A stretch of 64,000 nt of DNA from the NCBI RefSeq assembly GCF_009914755.1, contig NC_060937.1. The stretch is one strand, 5' to 3'. The translations under genes were made by a program, and so were the position numbers. The notes under the pieces were generated by a model. It ran no database searches. It saw only the letters and a program-made list of their open reading frames with translations, and was not told the DNA's origin. This document shows, piece by piece, positions 44,650 to 57,814 of this stretch; position 1 is the first letter of the stretch; every line of letters starts with the position of its first letter. Source of the stretch: the human T2T-CHM13v2.0 reference genome, Homo sapiens.

Positions 44650-46520
44650 TCCACCCAGCCATCACTCACCCATCCGTCCATCCACCCATCTGTCCATCTA
44701 CCCATTACTCACCCATCCATCCCTCCACCCATCACTCACCCATCCATCCATCCACCCATGACTCACCCATCTGTCGATCCACCCATCATCACTCACTCCT
44801 CGGTCCATCCACCCATCACTCACCCATCTGTCGATCCACCCATCATCACTCACTCCTCGGTCCATCCACCCATCACTCACCCCTCAGTCCATCCATCACT
44901 CACCCATCTGTCCATCCATCACTCACCCATCTGTCCATCCATCCATTACTCACCCATCTGTCCATCCACCCATCACTCATCCCTCGGTCCATCCACCCAT
45001 CACTCACCCTATCCATCCACCCATCACTCACCCATCCGTCCACCTACCCATCACTCACCCATCCGTCCACCCATTCATCACTCACCCATCTGTCAATCCA
45101 CCCATCACTCACCCCTTTGTCCATGAACTCAACACTCATCCATCTGTCCATCCACCCATCACTCACCCATCCGTCCATCCACCCATCACTCACCCATCCG
45201 TCCATCCACCCATTACTCACCCATCCATCCATCCACCCATCACTCACCCACCCATCCATCCATCCACCCATCACTCACCCTTTGGTCCATGAACCTAACA
45301 CTCACCCATCTGTCCATCCACCTATCACTCACCCATCCATCCATCCACCATCACTCACCCATCCTTCCATCCACCCATCACTCATCCATCTGTCTATCCA
45401 CCCATCACTCACCCTGTCCATCCATCCATCACTCACCCATCTGTCCATCCACCCATTACTCACCCATCCATCCATCCACCCATCACTGACCCACCCATCC
45501 ATCCATCCACCCATCACTCACCCTTTGGTCCATGAACCTAACACTCACCCATCTGCCCATCCACCCATCACTCAACCATCTGTTAATCCACCCATCACTC
45601 GTCCATTGCTCCATCCACCCATCAGTCACCCATTGGTCCATCTGCCCATCACTCACCCATCTGTCCATCCACCCATCACTCGCCCATCTGTCCATCCACC
45701 CATCACTCACCCTGTCCGTACACCCATCACTCACCCTGTCCGTACACCCATCACTCACCCATCGGCCCATCCACCCATCACTCACCCATCTGTCAGTCCA
45801 CCCATCACTCACCCATCTGTCCATCAGCATCACTCACCCATCTGTCAGTCCACCGATCACTCACCCATCTGTCCATCACCATCACTCACCCATCTGTCCA
45901 TCCACCCATCACTCAACCCTCGGTCCATCCTCTCATCACTCACCCTGTCCTCCACCCATCACTCACCCATCTGTTCATCCACCCATCTACCCATCCATCC
46001 ATCCACCCATCTCTCACCCATCTGTCCATCCACCCATCACTCACCCATCCGTCCATCCACCCATTACTCACCCATCTGTTCATCCACCCATCACTCACCC
46101 ATCCTTCCATCCACCCATCTCTCACCATCTGTCCATCCACCCATCACTCACCCATCCGTCCATCCATCACTCACCCATCCTTCCATCCACCCATCTCTCA
46201 CCCATCCGTCCATCCACCCGTCACTCACCCATCTGTCCATCCACCATCACTCACCCATGCTTCCATCCACCCATCACTCACCCATCCGTCCATCCACCAT
46301 CACTCACCCATCCTTCCATCCACCCATCACTCATCCATCTATCCACCCATCACTCACCCCAGTCCATCCTCTCATCACTCACCCTGTCCAACCATCCATC
46401 ACTCACCCATCTGTCCATCCACCCATCTACCCATCCATCCATCCATCCACCCGTCACTCACCCATCCTTCCATCCACCCATCTCTCACCCAACCGTCCAT
46501 CCACCCATCTACCCACCCAC
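44650..46520. repeat. ~27-bp CCAT-based array (ccatccacccatcactcacccatctgt), 1.9 kb
   Basis: Directly visible. Confidence 0.96.
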
Positions 46521-46663
46521 TCAGCTGCCTGCCCCGCCATCTGTCCAGCACACCCATCCAGGTGCTAGGCACTTCCTCTGTGCCAGGCCCAGGAAGGTCA
46601 CTGCATATGGAAGCTGAGGAGATGGGAGATGGTTGTGACTTTGGTGACACAGGTGAGCCCAGG

Positions 46664-47011
46664 TGATGTGGTTTGGATTTGTGTCCCCACCCAAATCTCA
46701 GGTCAGACTGTAATCCCTAGTGTTGGAGGAGGGGCCTGGAGGAAGGAGAGGGGATCATGGGGACAGACTTCCCCATTGCTGTTCTCGTGATAGTGAGTTC
46801 TCACGAGGTCTGGTTGTTTGGACGTGTGTGGCATCTACCCCCATCTCTCTCTCTTGCTCCTGCATGTAGGAGGTGCCTCCTTCCTTCCTCTTTGCCCTCC
46901 CACCATGATCGAAAGTTTCCTGAGGCCTCCCCAACCATGCTTCCTGTACAGCCTGCAGAACTGTGAGTCAATCAATCTTCTTTTCTTTATAGCAACATGA
47001 GAACTAATACA
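46664..47011 (+). mobile_element. MST (MaLR) solo LTR with perfect TSD CCAGG
   Basis: TG...CA termini; ccagg at 46659-46663 and 47012-47016. Confidence 0.92.
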
Positions 47012-47689
47012 CCAGGCTATGGGGATGGTGAGGTTGGGAAGCGCCTGGAGGAAGACACTTCCAAGGTAAACAGGGTCTGCCAGCCTGATGCGCAAGGGTG
47101 TTCCCAGCAGAGGAAGAGCTGGAGCCGTGATGCGGGGCGCACGGCCTAGGAGGAGCTGAGCAAGGTTGGACAGTGGTGCAGGGAGCAAGCTGATCATGGA
47201 GGGCCTGGTCAGCATCTTTCAGAACCTGGGTCTTGTGTGTGATGACCTCACCCTCTCCGAGGCTCCCTGACTCTGGCCTCTGCTGTGTCGGTTCCTGCTA
47301 TGAGAGGGCTGGGAAGAGGCTGGCTGATGCCAGACCCACTGTCTTGGCCACCCTGAGGCCTTGTGCCATCTTCACAGTATCCAGGGACCTCAGACCCAGG
47401 GACAGCACCTCGCACACTTGCTGGGGGAGAAGACGCTGTGGTGGGTGGTGGCCCATGAGTGTGTACATGTGTGGTTGTCTGCACATGTGTGTGCATGCCT
47501 GCACATGGGCCTGCACATGTGAGCGTGTTGTGTTCAACTGCACATGTGTGCAGGTATTGTTGCCTTGCCTGTCTGCACACACATGTACCTGTATGTTCAT
47601 TTCACACATGTATTGCTGGGAACATGTGTGTACATGGCTATGCATACATGTGTATGTGCCTGTGTGTTAGTGTAGGCCTGGAACCCACG

Positions 47690-47955
47690 TACACCCAGGG
47701 CATGTGGGGCTGGAGAACAGGCGTGGCCAAGCTCACAGATGGGCAGCTGCGCGGACACTCAGGGCATGTGGGGCTGGAGAATAGGCATGGCCAAGCTCAC
47801 AGATGGGCAGCTGCACGGACACCCAGGGCGTGTGGGGCTGGAGATCAGGCATGGCCAAGCTCACAGATGGGCAGCTGCACGGACACCCAGGGCGTGTGGG
47901 GCTGGAGAACAGGCGTGGCCAAGCTCACAGATGGGCAGCTGCATGGACACTCAGG
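47690..47955. repeat. 64-bp repeat, 4 copies
   Basis: Unit ccagggcgtgtggggctggagaacaggcgtggccaagctcacagatgggcagctgcacggac. Confidence 0.93.
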
Positions 47956-48399
47956 CAGGACTCATGTGTTTCCAGGCCAAGGCACACTTGACACTTCTGG
48001 GTTAAATCAGGGGAATGAAAAGAAGAAAATCTAACAGGCATAACTCCAGGCACATTCCGCTCTATTTCCATTCTGAGTGGGACTCAAGGGCCCTGTCATA
48101 TGATCTCCAAGAGCAGATCCGAGTTCTACCAGACACTGGCATAGAAACAAACGCAGCTGCTTCACCCCCGTGGGCTTTTCTTGTCTCTGCCTCTCCTGAA
48201 TCACAGACCTCAAACCACTGTCCCCATGTGGTCTAATTGGGCTTATCTGGATTGCTATTTCAATTCTGTAAAGCAATTCAATGTCACAGATAATGATACA
48301 TACTGCATATAGATTTGAAACACACGGTGTGCCTGGCACTGTTTCAAATATATATGCAGTATCGTTATCTGTGACATTGAATTGCTTTACAGAATTAGA

Positions 48400-48815
48400 T
48401 GGCATGTGTGTACCCACATATATGCATGCTGACACATGTGCCCAAAGACATACATGCATACTCACACGTGCCCTCATGTTTCCACACATGCACAAATTCA
48501 TGCATGCTCACGTGTCCCCACACACACATACTCACACATGTACCCACACATTCACTCTCATACATGTCATGTCCACACATTCACACACACTCACACACGT
48601 CCATTCATGCACTCACACGTGTCCACACATTCACACATGCTCACACATGTCCACATTCACACATCCACACTCATACATGTCATGTCCACACATTCACACA
48701 CGCTCACACATGTCCACATTCACACGCTCACACATGCCTACACATATGCACACATCTCATACGTGTGTCCGCACACATGCAAGCACACTCACATACGTGT
48801 CCACACACATGCACT
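48400..48815. repeat. CA-rich low-complexity tract
   Basis: Directly visible. Confidence 0.85.
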
Positions 48816-49122
48816 TATCCCTCTGGAAAACAAAGGAATGAAAAAATAGGTCCTCTAAAGAAACTTGGCAGTACAGAGGTTACAAGTTAAATTCCATCTA
48901 AAAATTATCTATAGAACCTATTATACAGGTAATTGTCCCCCAGATAGCTGCCTACCCTGCAAAAAGCTTTTCGCATCCATCCGTGCTACAAAGACAACTA
49001 CATGTAGCCCACACTACACCAGAGGCTCAGACCACAGGTTTTCACCCCACAGCATGCTCCTGAGGCCGGGGCCTCGCCAGCCATCCCCTCGCTGCACAGA
49101 TCTGTGTGCCGGGCAGACTCAC

Positions 49123-49226
49123 CCTGCATCTTCTCCAGCTTGCTCATGTACAAGTTGAAGAGGGAGTAGATACGCTCCGTCTCACGGTCCCCATCAATGT
49201 CCAGCTGGATGTTGGCTGGGAGGCCG
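49123..49226 (-). CDS. RASA3: RASA3 exon (probably 22): [34 protein letters not shown]
   Basis: Acceptor ctggacag|C, donor CAGG|gtgagt; 104 nt. Confidence 0.96.
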
Positions 49227-49856
49227 CTGTCCAGACACAGCAAGAACAGAAAGATAAAAACACTTATTTAAACGATGCTTTTAATAATGACATTCATTTT
49301 TAAAATGTCACTGAAGAAAGACAACGATTGTGTTGGAAGTGAAATTCGACAGGATCGATTTGCTGTCCGTCTGTGCACAGCCGGTGTGTTGGCTTGCTGA
49401 GCAAGGCTGACAGCGTCCACAGCAGCACGGACAGCAGTGTCACCAGGCTGCAAACCGGAACTAACTAGCAACCTCTGCTTCAGTTACCATTGACCTATTT
49501 GGACACGTGGCAAAAGATCCTTGCTGTTTAGTATTTAAAATGTGCTTATCATTTGTACTAACTGACCTTTCCTGAAATCACGCAGTACTGAGTTATGTCT
49601 TGTTTAAATCTATTCCTACTCCAGAATCTTATCAATACATAAGAAATTTAGGAAGACTAGGTGCTAAAATCCCCAGTGTAATATGTAATACTTGTACATT
49701 TTTAGTATCATACAGAACTCAATTCCCAGGAACTATGAACACTCCAGACCTCATGTGGTTTATTCCTTCAGTCATTTCAAACACAGAAGGAGGCTGTGTG
49801 CTTGTTTCCCTGCTCATTCTATGTCTGCTTCTCCTATGTTCACACCAGCACACGTC

Positions 49857-50113
49857 AGGCTGGAGCGCGGTGGCACGATCTCAGCTCACTGAAACCTACG
49901 CTTTCTGGGTTTAAGCGATTCTCTTGCCTCAGCCTCCTGAGTAGCTGGGATTATAGGCACACACCACCACGCCTGGCTAATTTTTGTATTTTTAGTAGAG
50001 ATGGGGTTTCACCATGTTGGCCAGGCTGGTCTTGAACTCCTGAGCTCAGGTGATCCACCCACCTCGACCTCCCAAAGTGCTAGGATTACAGGCGTGAGCC
50101 ACTGAGCCCGGCC
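49857..50113 (-). mobile_element. Alu (AluS-like)
   Basis: Reverse Alu ending gtgagccactgagcccggcc. Confidence 0.92.
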
Positions 50114-50135
50114 TCATGTCTTTTTATAAATCTTA

Positions 50136-50486
<351 letters not shown>

Positions 50487-51104
50487 CTACATTGTACAGA
50501 AGCACGTCTTTGATGGCTTCAGACAAAGTGGCCTCACGGTTAATTTCACATTTGCACGCAGGTGCAACCAACAGGGAGGGCCTGATAGGAACGCGCGGGG
50601 CTGTTATTTTTAGCAAAATGCTGCCTTGTGCAGAACGTGTGAAATATGCTCTTTAATTTAGTAAATACTTTTTAAAAGGCAGAAATGCTTATTATAGCTA
50701 AAACAATTCTTAAATCATAAAATTTCTGAAACGTCTGTAATTTTTTCCATACTGATTAGAAATTGTTTCCAACTTATTTTTGTTTGAAGTATGACAGTTT
50801 TTCCCTTTTCTTCCCAACTTCTCTTGTAAAAAAAGAAGTGGGTTTCTGCTAATGAACTGATCAGATGTCAATACTGTATATGCCTTTTGAGCTGAGTAGC
50901 TCAGTATTTGGATACTTGGTCATTTGTTTTATTAGGTAATTGATAAAATTGTGTCATTTATTCATGTTCAACCATATATTTATGCTGTCTGGGGATGGGT
51001 GGTTATAGTTCTGTGTGAGAAATAATTTGTCAGTCTTCAACAGCTTGTAAAAACTTTGCAGTGAGAGCTTAAACATCTAAATAAATAATGAAATGCATTT
51101 ATCA

Positions 51105-51632
<528 letters not shown>

Positions 51633-52229
51633 CATCCCCGAGCTGGGAGAACTGAGGCTGGCTGTGGGTGTGCGGGATAGGGGAGGCTCCCGAGCTGTCC
51701 GGCCTCAGCGGCTGGAGCCTCTTGGGACCCACAGATCTGCCAAGGCAGTGAGCAAACTCGGCAGACGTGTTCTCATGGAGAGAAATGGCCTGGAAGGAAG
51801 CCTCCTGGGACTGTGTTCCCTGCACGGTCGGCTGCGGGTGGGGACAGGCCAGGTTTTCTCTCCTCGTCAGGCTGCAATGCTTCCCGCTGTCCTGGGATGC
51901 GAGGACATGGGAGAGCGCTGGCCTCTCCTGGGGGATTCTGGGGCGGTGGCCACGCATGCCTGAGCAGCAGCCAGGCCCCCTTCCTGAGCTTCAGCCTCTG
52001 TGTCCACGAAGCAGGATCTAAGGTCCCACCTCTGAGGCTGTGGGAGGATTAAACGGTGGCCCAGCATGGAGCACAGCTCATCCCCTGCAGGGCCCTTATG
52101 CGAAAGCATCACGTGGCCACAACAGCAGCGAGGTGCATCTCACGGAGCATAACCAGGGGGACCGCCAGGCACCCAGGCCTCCTCCTTAGGACCGGCAGAT
52201 ATGACCCAAGCCTCTGTGCAACTGCCAGA

Positions 52230-52732
52230 GGCCCGGCTGATGGGGGGCCCTGCTGATGGGGGGCCTGACGGGGGGCCCAGCTGACGGGGGGCCCAGCTGA
52301 CGGAGGACCCAGCTGATGGGGGCCCGGCTGATGGGGGGCTGGCTGACGGAGGACCCGGCTGATGGGGGGCCTGGCTGACGGGGGGGCCCAGCTGACGGGG
52401 GCCTGGCTGACGGGGGGCCCGGCTGATGGGGGCCCGGCTGATGGGGGGCCCGGCTGACGGGGGGACCCGGCTGATGGGGAGGCCCGGCTGATGGGGAGGC
52501 CCGGCTGATGGGGGACCCGGCTGATGGGGGGGCCCGGCTAATGGGGGGCCTGGCTGATGGGGGGGCCAGGCTGATGGGGGACCCGGCTGATGGGGAGGCC
52601 CGGCTGATGGGGAGGCCCGGCTGATGGGGGACCCGGCTGATGGGGGGGCCCGGCTGATGGGGGGGCCCGGCTGATGGGGGGCCCGGCTGATGGGGGGCCC
52701 GGCTGATGGGGACCCGGCTGATGGGGGGCTGG
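52230..52732. repeat. 15-17-bp G-rich VNTR (ggcccggctgatgggg)
   Basis: About 30 copies. Confidence 0.96.
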
Positions 52733-53140
52733 GAAGACAACGGGCTGCTGCGTCATGTGGAATCAAGGTGGGTGTCCTGGGCCAGACGAAGCTTTCAGGG
52801 AGGGGCTTGCTCCCAGCCTCCTCCTAGAGAAGCAGGATGGCCACGGCCTGGGGAGTCCCCCTTCACCCTGACCTCCCGCTCCCCCGGGGCAGGGCCTCAG
52901 GAAGACCCTCGAAGGCCTGTGGCACCCTGGAGTCTGCGCAGAGCCTTCCAGAGGCTGGGCCCCAGATGCTCCCTCGAGGGAGGACCCCTCGGGTGGGAGG
53001 CTCCTGGGAGGAGGCGAGGGCAGCCCTGTTTATGTGCAGCTTACAGGCAGGCATGCACTGTCTGCTGGTCCCTCCCTACTCAGCCCCTTGGCCACATTTC
53101 CTGCACAGTGCATGAGCTGGGCACCGAGGCACAGACCTAC

Positions 53141-53349
53141 CCAGTGCAGGGCGAGCAGCCCGGAGCCGAGTCGGATGGCGCCCTACAGCACAGCCAGTGG
53201 CCGCTCAGGTAGGCGGACGGGTGGTAGACGGTGAGGCGCTTCTGGTTGCACTGGCTCACTTTGGTGAGAATGTCGATCCAGTCCTTGGCCTCCACGCAGT
53301 TGTTGGCCTGGATGTACAGCGCACGCTCTGGCTGGATGACCTGGAACAT
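53141..53349 (-). CDS. RASA3: RASA3 exon (probably 21): end of PH domain plus Btk zinc motif ([26 protein letters not shown])
   Basis: Acceptor gtcctcag|ATG, donor ACTGG|gtaggt; 209 nt; matches ORF 53137..53349. Confidence 0.97.
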
Positions 53350-55289
53350 CTGAGGACACAGGTGGGCTCAGGACAGCGCACATGAGGTCTCGTGGCTGAG
53401 CACGTGCAAGAGTCCACCAGGCACCTGGCCGTCCTCGCCGGAGTCGTAAGAGGGGACGCTGAGGGTGCACAGGCCCAAAAGTCCTGGAGCTCTAAGCCCC
53501 AGAAGAGGCCAAGGCCAGGGGGTGCATGGAGCTCTCTGCCACCCTAAAACCTGACAGCTGGGGCCGTGGGGAATGGAGGTGAGAACTGGTGCAGCTGGAG
53601 ATGTGGCCAGGTGGCCAGGAACAGCTTGGCCAAGGCCCTTTATGTCCTGGAGCCTTGGAGGTCTCCATTCAAGACAAAAGAGGGGCCCTGTGGCCTCCCC
53701 ACGAGGCCCTCCTGCAGCTGACTGCAGGCATCCCATCCACGTGGTGCTCGTGCTGTGTCAGCCCAGGTGGCCCGGCCTGCTCAGCTCCTTCCCCAACTGA
53801 CCAGCCCAGGATTCTTCCTCCTCCTCCCAGCTGGGGTTAGGGGGCTGCTTCCTCTTGAAGCGTCTCGGGGCAGCAACAACCTTTACCATTTATTACTCAT
53901 TCAACAAACATGACTGAGCACCAGCACTCTCCTATGTCCCGGAGACAAAGCCTGGCATAGAGTTTCTACTGAACCTGCAGCCACCAAGAAAGACTAAACG
54001 AGGGCAGGTGTCAGCAGAAGCTGGAAGTGAGCAGTCCTGGTGCTGTAGTCGGCGTTGACTCAAAGTTAGTTAAGCAGGGGGTGGGGGCAAAGGGTGTCAA
54101 AGGCAGAAGAAATGGGAGGCACAAAGGTCCTGGGGCAGGTGGGACAGGGGTCCTGTGATTGGAGGGACAGGTCTCCCGGGGCAGGAGTGACAGAAGCCTT
54201 AGGATTAGAGGGACGGGGGTGCTGGGGCAGGGGGGACAGATATCCTAGGATTGGAGGTCAGAAGCTCCCAGAAGGAGCCGGCTCTGTTGCACACAGAAGA
54301 CAGGTTTTCTGAGTAGGAGACTGACTGGAGGTTGGGAGGGCTCTCATGTGGGACTTGCCCTTAAGTCAGGAGTCAGGGGGACAGTGGCCTTCTCTAGGGG
54401 ACGGGCCTTCTGCACTCATCTGGGGAGGATTTGGGCTCCAGGTTTCTGGTGAACAGCTGAGGTCTTATTTACAGAGGCCAGAAGCCTCCCGCCTTGCACC
54501 CGGCACATGTGTATAGGTCTCGGACTGGACGCCCCCGTGCATGGCTGTGATCCCCCATGGAGGGCGTCCTGGCCATCATCCCAGGCTCGGCCCTGCCACC
54601 AGGAGCAGCCTTCAGAAAGGTCTCCCCAGCTGGTGAGAGCCTGGCCTGGCAGTGGCCTCAGGGGAATCGGGCTCTGAGGAAGTCAGTGGGAATGAACAGC
54701 TGGGAACAGGCGGCTGAAACTAGGGAATTATTGGGAATCTATGTGAAGGGCTGGAGGTGCTTCCAGGACATGTCCACACTGCTTCCTTCGAGGGACGGTC
54801 TCAGGGCCAGGTTCCGGCCATCCCCCTCAGTCAGCAGGCATTGAGCCCACACCCTCCTCTTCCCATCTCCCCCTCTTCCCAACCCTTCTCTTCCCAGCCC
54901 TCCTCTTCCCAGCCCTCCTCTTCCCACGCCCTCCTCTTCAAATTACTCTCCAAACTTATGCCTTTTGCAGGATCTGTCTGGACTGCCTGTGAATAACATG
55001 CTAGTAAAATTCTGCCAATGGTAAGGAACATGCGTCAACTTTGGCACGAGGCCCAGGGACTGTGCCTTCCCTGCAACTGTTCTATGACCCTCATGCTGCA
55101 GTCGGGGCACAGAAGGCTTGTCCCAGCCAGCATGTGTCAGGGTACGGGGTCAGCCTCAGGATGGCACGGACGGCGGGGTCACTGGCTGAAGGGGCACTGA
55201 GTCACCAGGGAGAACGTGGCCAGCGGCCGACTCTGGGAGGCCACCACACAATGGTGACGCCACGGACACCTCTAGGGGATTCCCGCCAG

Positions 55290-55800
55290 AAATGCATCAT
55301 CAGAACCTGCCACGTCGGCACATCCGACAAACCCACAGGGAGGGACGTCCAGAAAACCGAAGGCCTGCACGCCTCAAAGATGCCAAGGCCACCACACACA
55401 AAGAAAGGCTGGGAGTGTCCAGTGGGCCAGACGGAGGGGGCAGCAGAATGCAGCGCAGACTGGATCCAGAGGGGAAGGAACCACAGCCGGAAGAACGGGA
55501 CTGGACAGCGGCAAACTCGAATGTGGTCGCGCCGGCGACGTGCGATGGTGGCTGCTGTGGTTTTGGGGACTGCACGGTGGGAAACACACTTGGAAGTGTT
55601 GATACAATCAGAAAAGCACGGGCGGGACCGTGAAGGGAGAAGGAACAAGTGTGACTGGGGAACGAGGCGACATGTGGGTCCGGGTCAAGCGTGACCGGGG
55701 AACGAGGCCACACGTGGGTCTGGGTCAAGGGTGTGTGGAAAGTACTTGTTCTACTCGTGCAACTTCTATAAATTCAAAATTATATCAAAATAAAAAAGCT
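55290..55800 (+). mobile_element. Old L1 (L1MC-like) 3' end fragment
   Basis: catccgacaaacccacagggagggacgtcc...gcaacttctataaattcaaaattatatcaaaataaaaa resembles an L1MC 3' end (recall). Confidence 0.6.
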
Positions 55801-56154
55801 TCCAAAAGGAATTCCAGACGGTCCCAAGCCTGCTTCTGGGATGTCTTTGACAGAGGGCCCCTTGACCTTGGGGACCCTGCGGGGGACGCCACCTGAAGCA
55901 GCTCAGGCCCCACCTTCCGGCAGGTTCCACCCCACCCCGGTGACCCCGGGCACAGAGAGTGTGGCTGCTTTGATGCGAGATTCCGACACAAACTCACCAG
56001 CACCTGGTGAACAACCCGAGTAACACGAAGACTCTGAGAAGCCTGGAGTGCAGTGGGTGGGGAAGGGTGAGCCCAGGGCCAGGTACGGGAAGAGAGCAGA
56101 GAAAACCTGGCCAGGCCTCAACCCGAAAGAGAGGCTTGGGGGCCCCACACTCAC

Positions 56155-56237
56155 GTTTTTCATTTTGAAAGACTCCTCCTCCAGCTTCTCCACTGCCAGG
56201 ATGTTCTCGATGGGAATGCTGTAGAGAGGCTGGTCCC
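56155..56237 (-). CDS. RASA3: RASA3 exon (probably 20): (G)[27 protein letters not shown]
   Basis: Acceptor ctgctgcag|GG, donor AAC|gtgagt; 83 nt; phases consistent with both neighbours. Confidence 0.96.
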
Positions 56238-56304
56238 CTGCAGCAGAGATGGACTGTCAGTGGGTGCGGGCCCCGCTGTCCCGGCTGGGGTCCGGGTGGG
56301 GCTG

Positions 56305-56770
56305 AGGGGTCTCTGCCGGGGGGTCTCCCAGGGGGTCTTTACCGGGGGGTCTCTGCCAGGGGGTCTCTACCGGGGGGTCTCTGCCAGGGGGTCTCTGCCA
56401 GGGGGTCTCTACCGGGGGTCTCTGCTGGGGGGGTCTCTGCCAGGGGGTCTCTGCCAGGGGTCTCTACCGGGGGTCTCTACCGGGGGGGGTCTCTGCCAGG
56501 GGGTCTCTGCCGGGGGGTCTCTGCTGGGGGGGGGTCTCTGCTGGGGGGGTCTCTGTCAGGGGATCTCTACCGGGGGGTCTCTGCTGGAGGGTCTCTGCTA
56601 GAGGGTCTCTGCTGGGGGGTTCTCTGCTGGGGGGGGTCTCTGCCAGGAGGGTCTCTGCTGGGCGGTCTCTGTTGGGGTGGTCTCTGCCAGGAGGGTCTCT
56701 GCTGGGGGGGGTCTCTGTTGGGGGTGTCTCTGCTGGGGGTCTCTGCCAGCTGGGGGTCTCTGCTGGGGTG
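56305..56770. repeat. ~14-bp G-rich VNTR (gggggtctctgcc)
   Basis: Directly visible, ~70 nt upstream of a RASA3 acceptor. Confidence 0.95.
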
Positions 56771-57394
56771 CCCTGGGCCGGAGGAGGTGCCCCATGTTCA
56801 TCTCCTTGGGGATGATGGCTGAATCACTGACAGGCTGCAGGTGCGGGGGCTGAGGAAGCCTGGGACCCACCTGGCCCTGCCATGCACCCAGGCTGGGCCC
56901 AATGCTCGCATCCTCACAGCTGCCGTGGCCTCAGGCTCTGTCCCCAGAACATGTTCCCGTTCTGGGACATGAACATGGGAGAAACTGCTAGATATTTCCT
57001 AATCTAGATCTGAGCCAGCAGATCTGACAGCGAGGGGCAGGAGGTGGTGGGAAGCCCCGTCTACCTCGGCGGAGCGGCACCCTGGCCATGACGAGGCGAC
57101 CAGAGGAGGAAGGGACGTGGACAGAAAAGCACCTTACTGATGTGGTCAGCTCTGCGTTTACTGGTTCTCTGGGGAAGCAGATTTCCCTCACTTTCCAGCA
57201 GCAGGTCTGAAAGACCCCTTCAGGGATCTTTGAAGGGAGAACCAGAAGCAGAGGGCTCTGGGTCACCGCGGCCCCGGGCTCTGCCCGCAGCACTGAATCC
57301 TTCCTCCCCTCAGCTCTCCCCCTGAAAAAGCAGACTCAGTCCCAGGGCCCAGCACGCTCCAGCAAGAGCCAGGGAAAGCGACCTTGCTCCTTAC

Positions 57395-57501
57395 CTTTGC
57401 TTTTGTGGTAGGTAAATTCATGGTTGGTCAAGCGAAACCATCTCTTCTTAAAATTCTTCATCCCAAAGCGCTTCCGTCCTTGGGCCCTCTTGATCATGAA
57501 C
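57395..57501 (-). CDS. RASA3: RASA3 exon (probably 19): [35 protein letters not shown], basic PH-domain N-terminus
   Basis: Acceptor ttcacacag|G, donor AAAG|gtaagg; 107 nt; lies within ORF 57336..57518; typical GAP1-family PH motif. Confidence 0.96.
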
Positions 57502-57814
57502 CTGTGTGAAGAGCACACAGGGCCGGGGTCCGGGCCTCAGCTGCCTCCCTGCACAGGTGAAAAACCACACCCCCCACTTTCTGCGTTCTGAGACCTGAGG
57601 CAGGCAGTGGATTTTCAATATCTTATCATTTTACTCCGAGTGATGAGATTAAAATTGGAAGGCAATGCCTCTCCTTTGAAAAGTTGAGCGCTGACTGCTT
57701 TGAGTCACCAGTTGGTGATGGCACCAGGTTTTAGGAGATCTCCAACCCTCCTGCCTCCCACACTGAACTTTCAACAGTGGTGCTGCCACTGGAAATGCCA
57801 ATGCGATGCTCCCA

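Noticed and set aside
45117-46617. 483-aa and 361-aa His/Pro-rich ORFs
   Set aside because: CCAT-type repeat artefacts antisense to a RASA3 intron.
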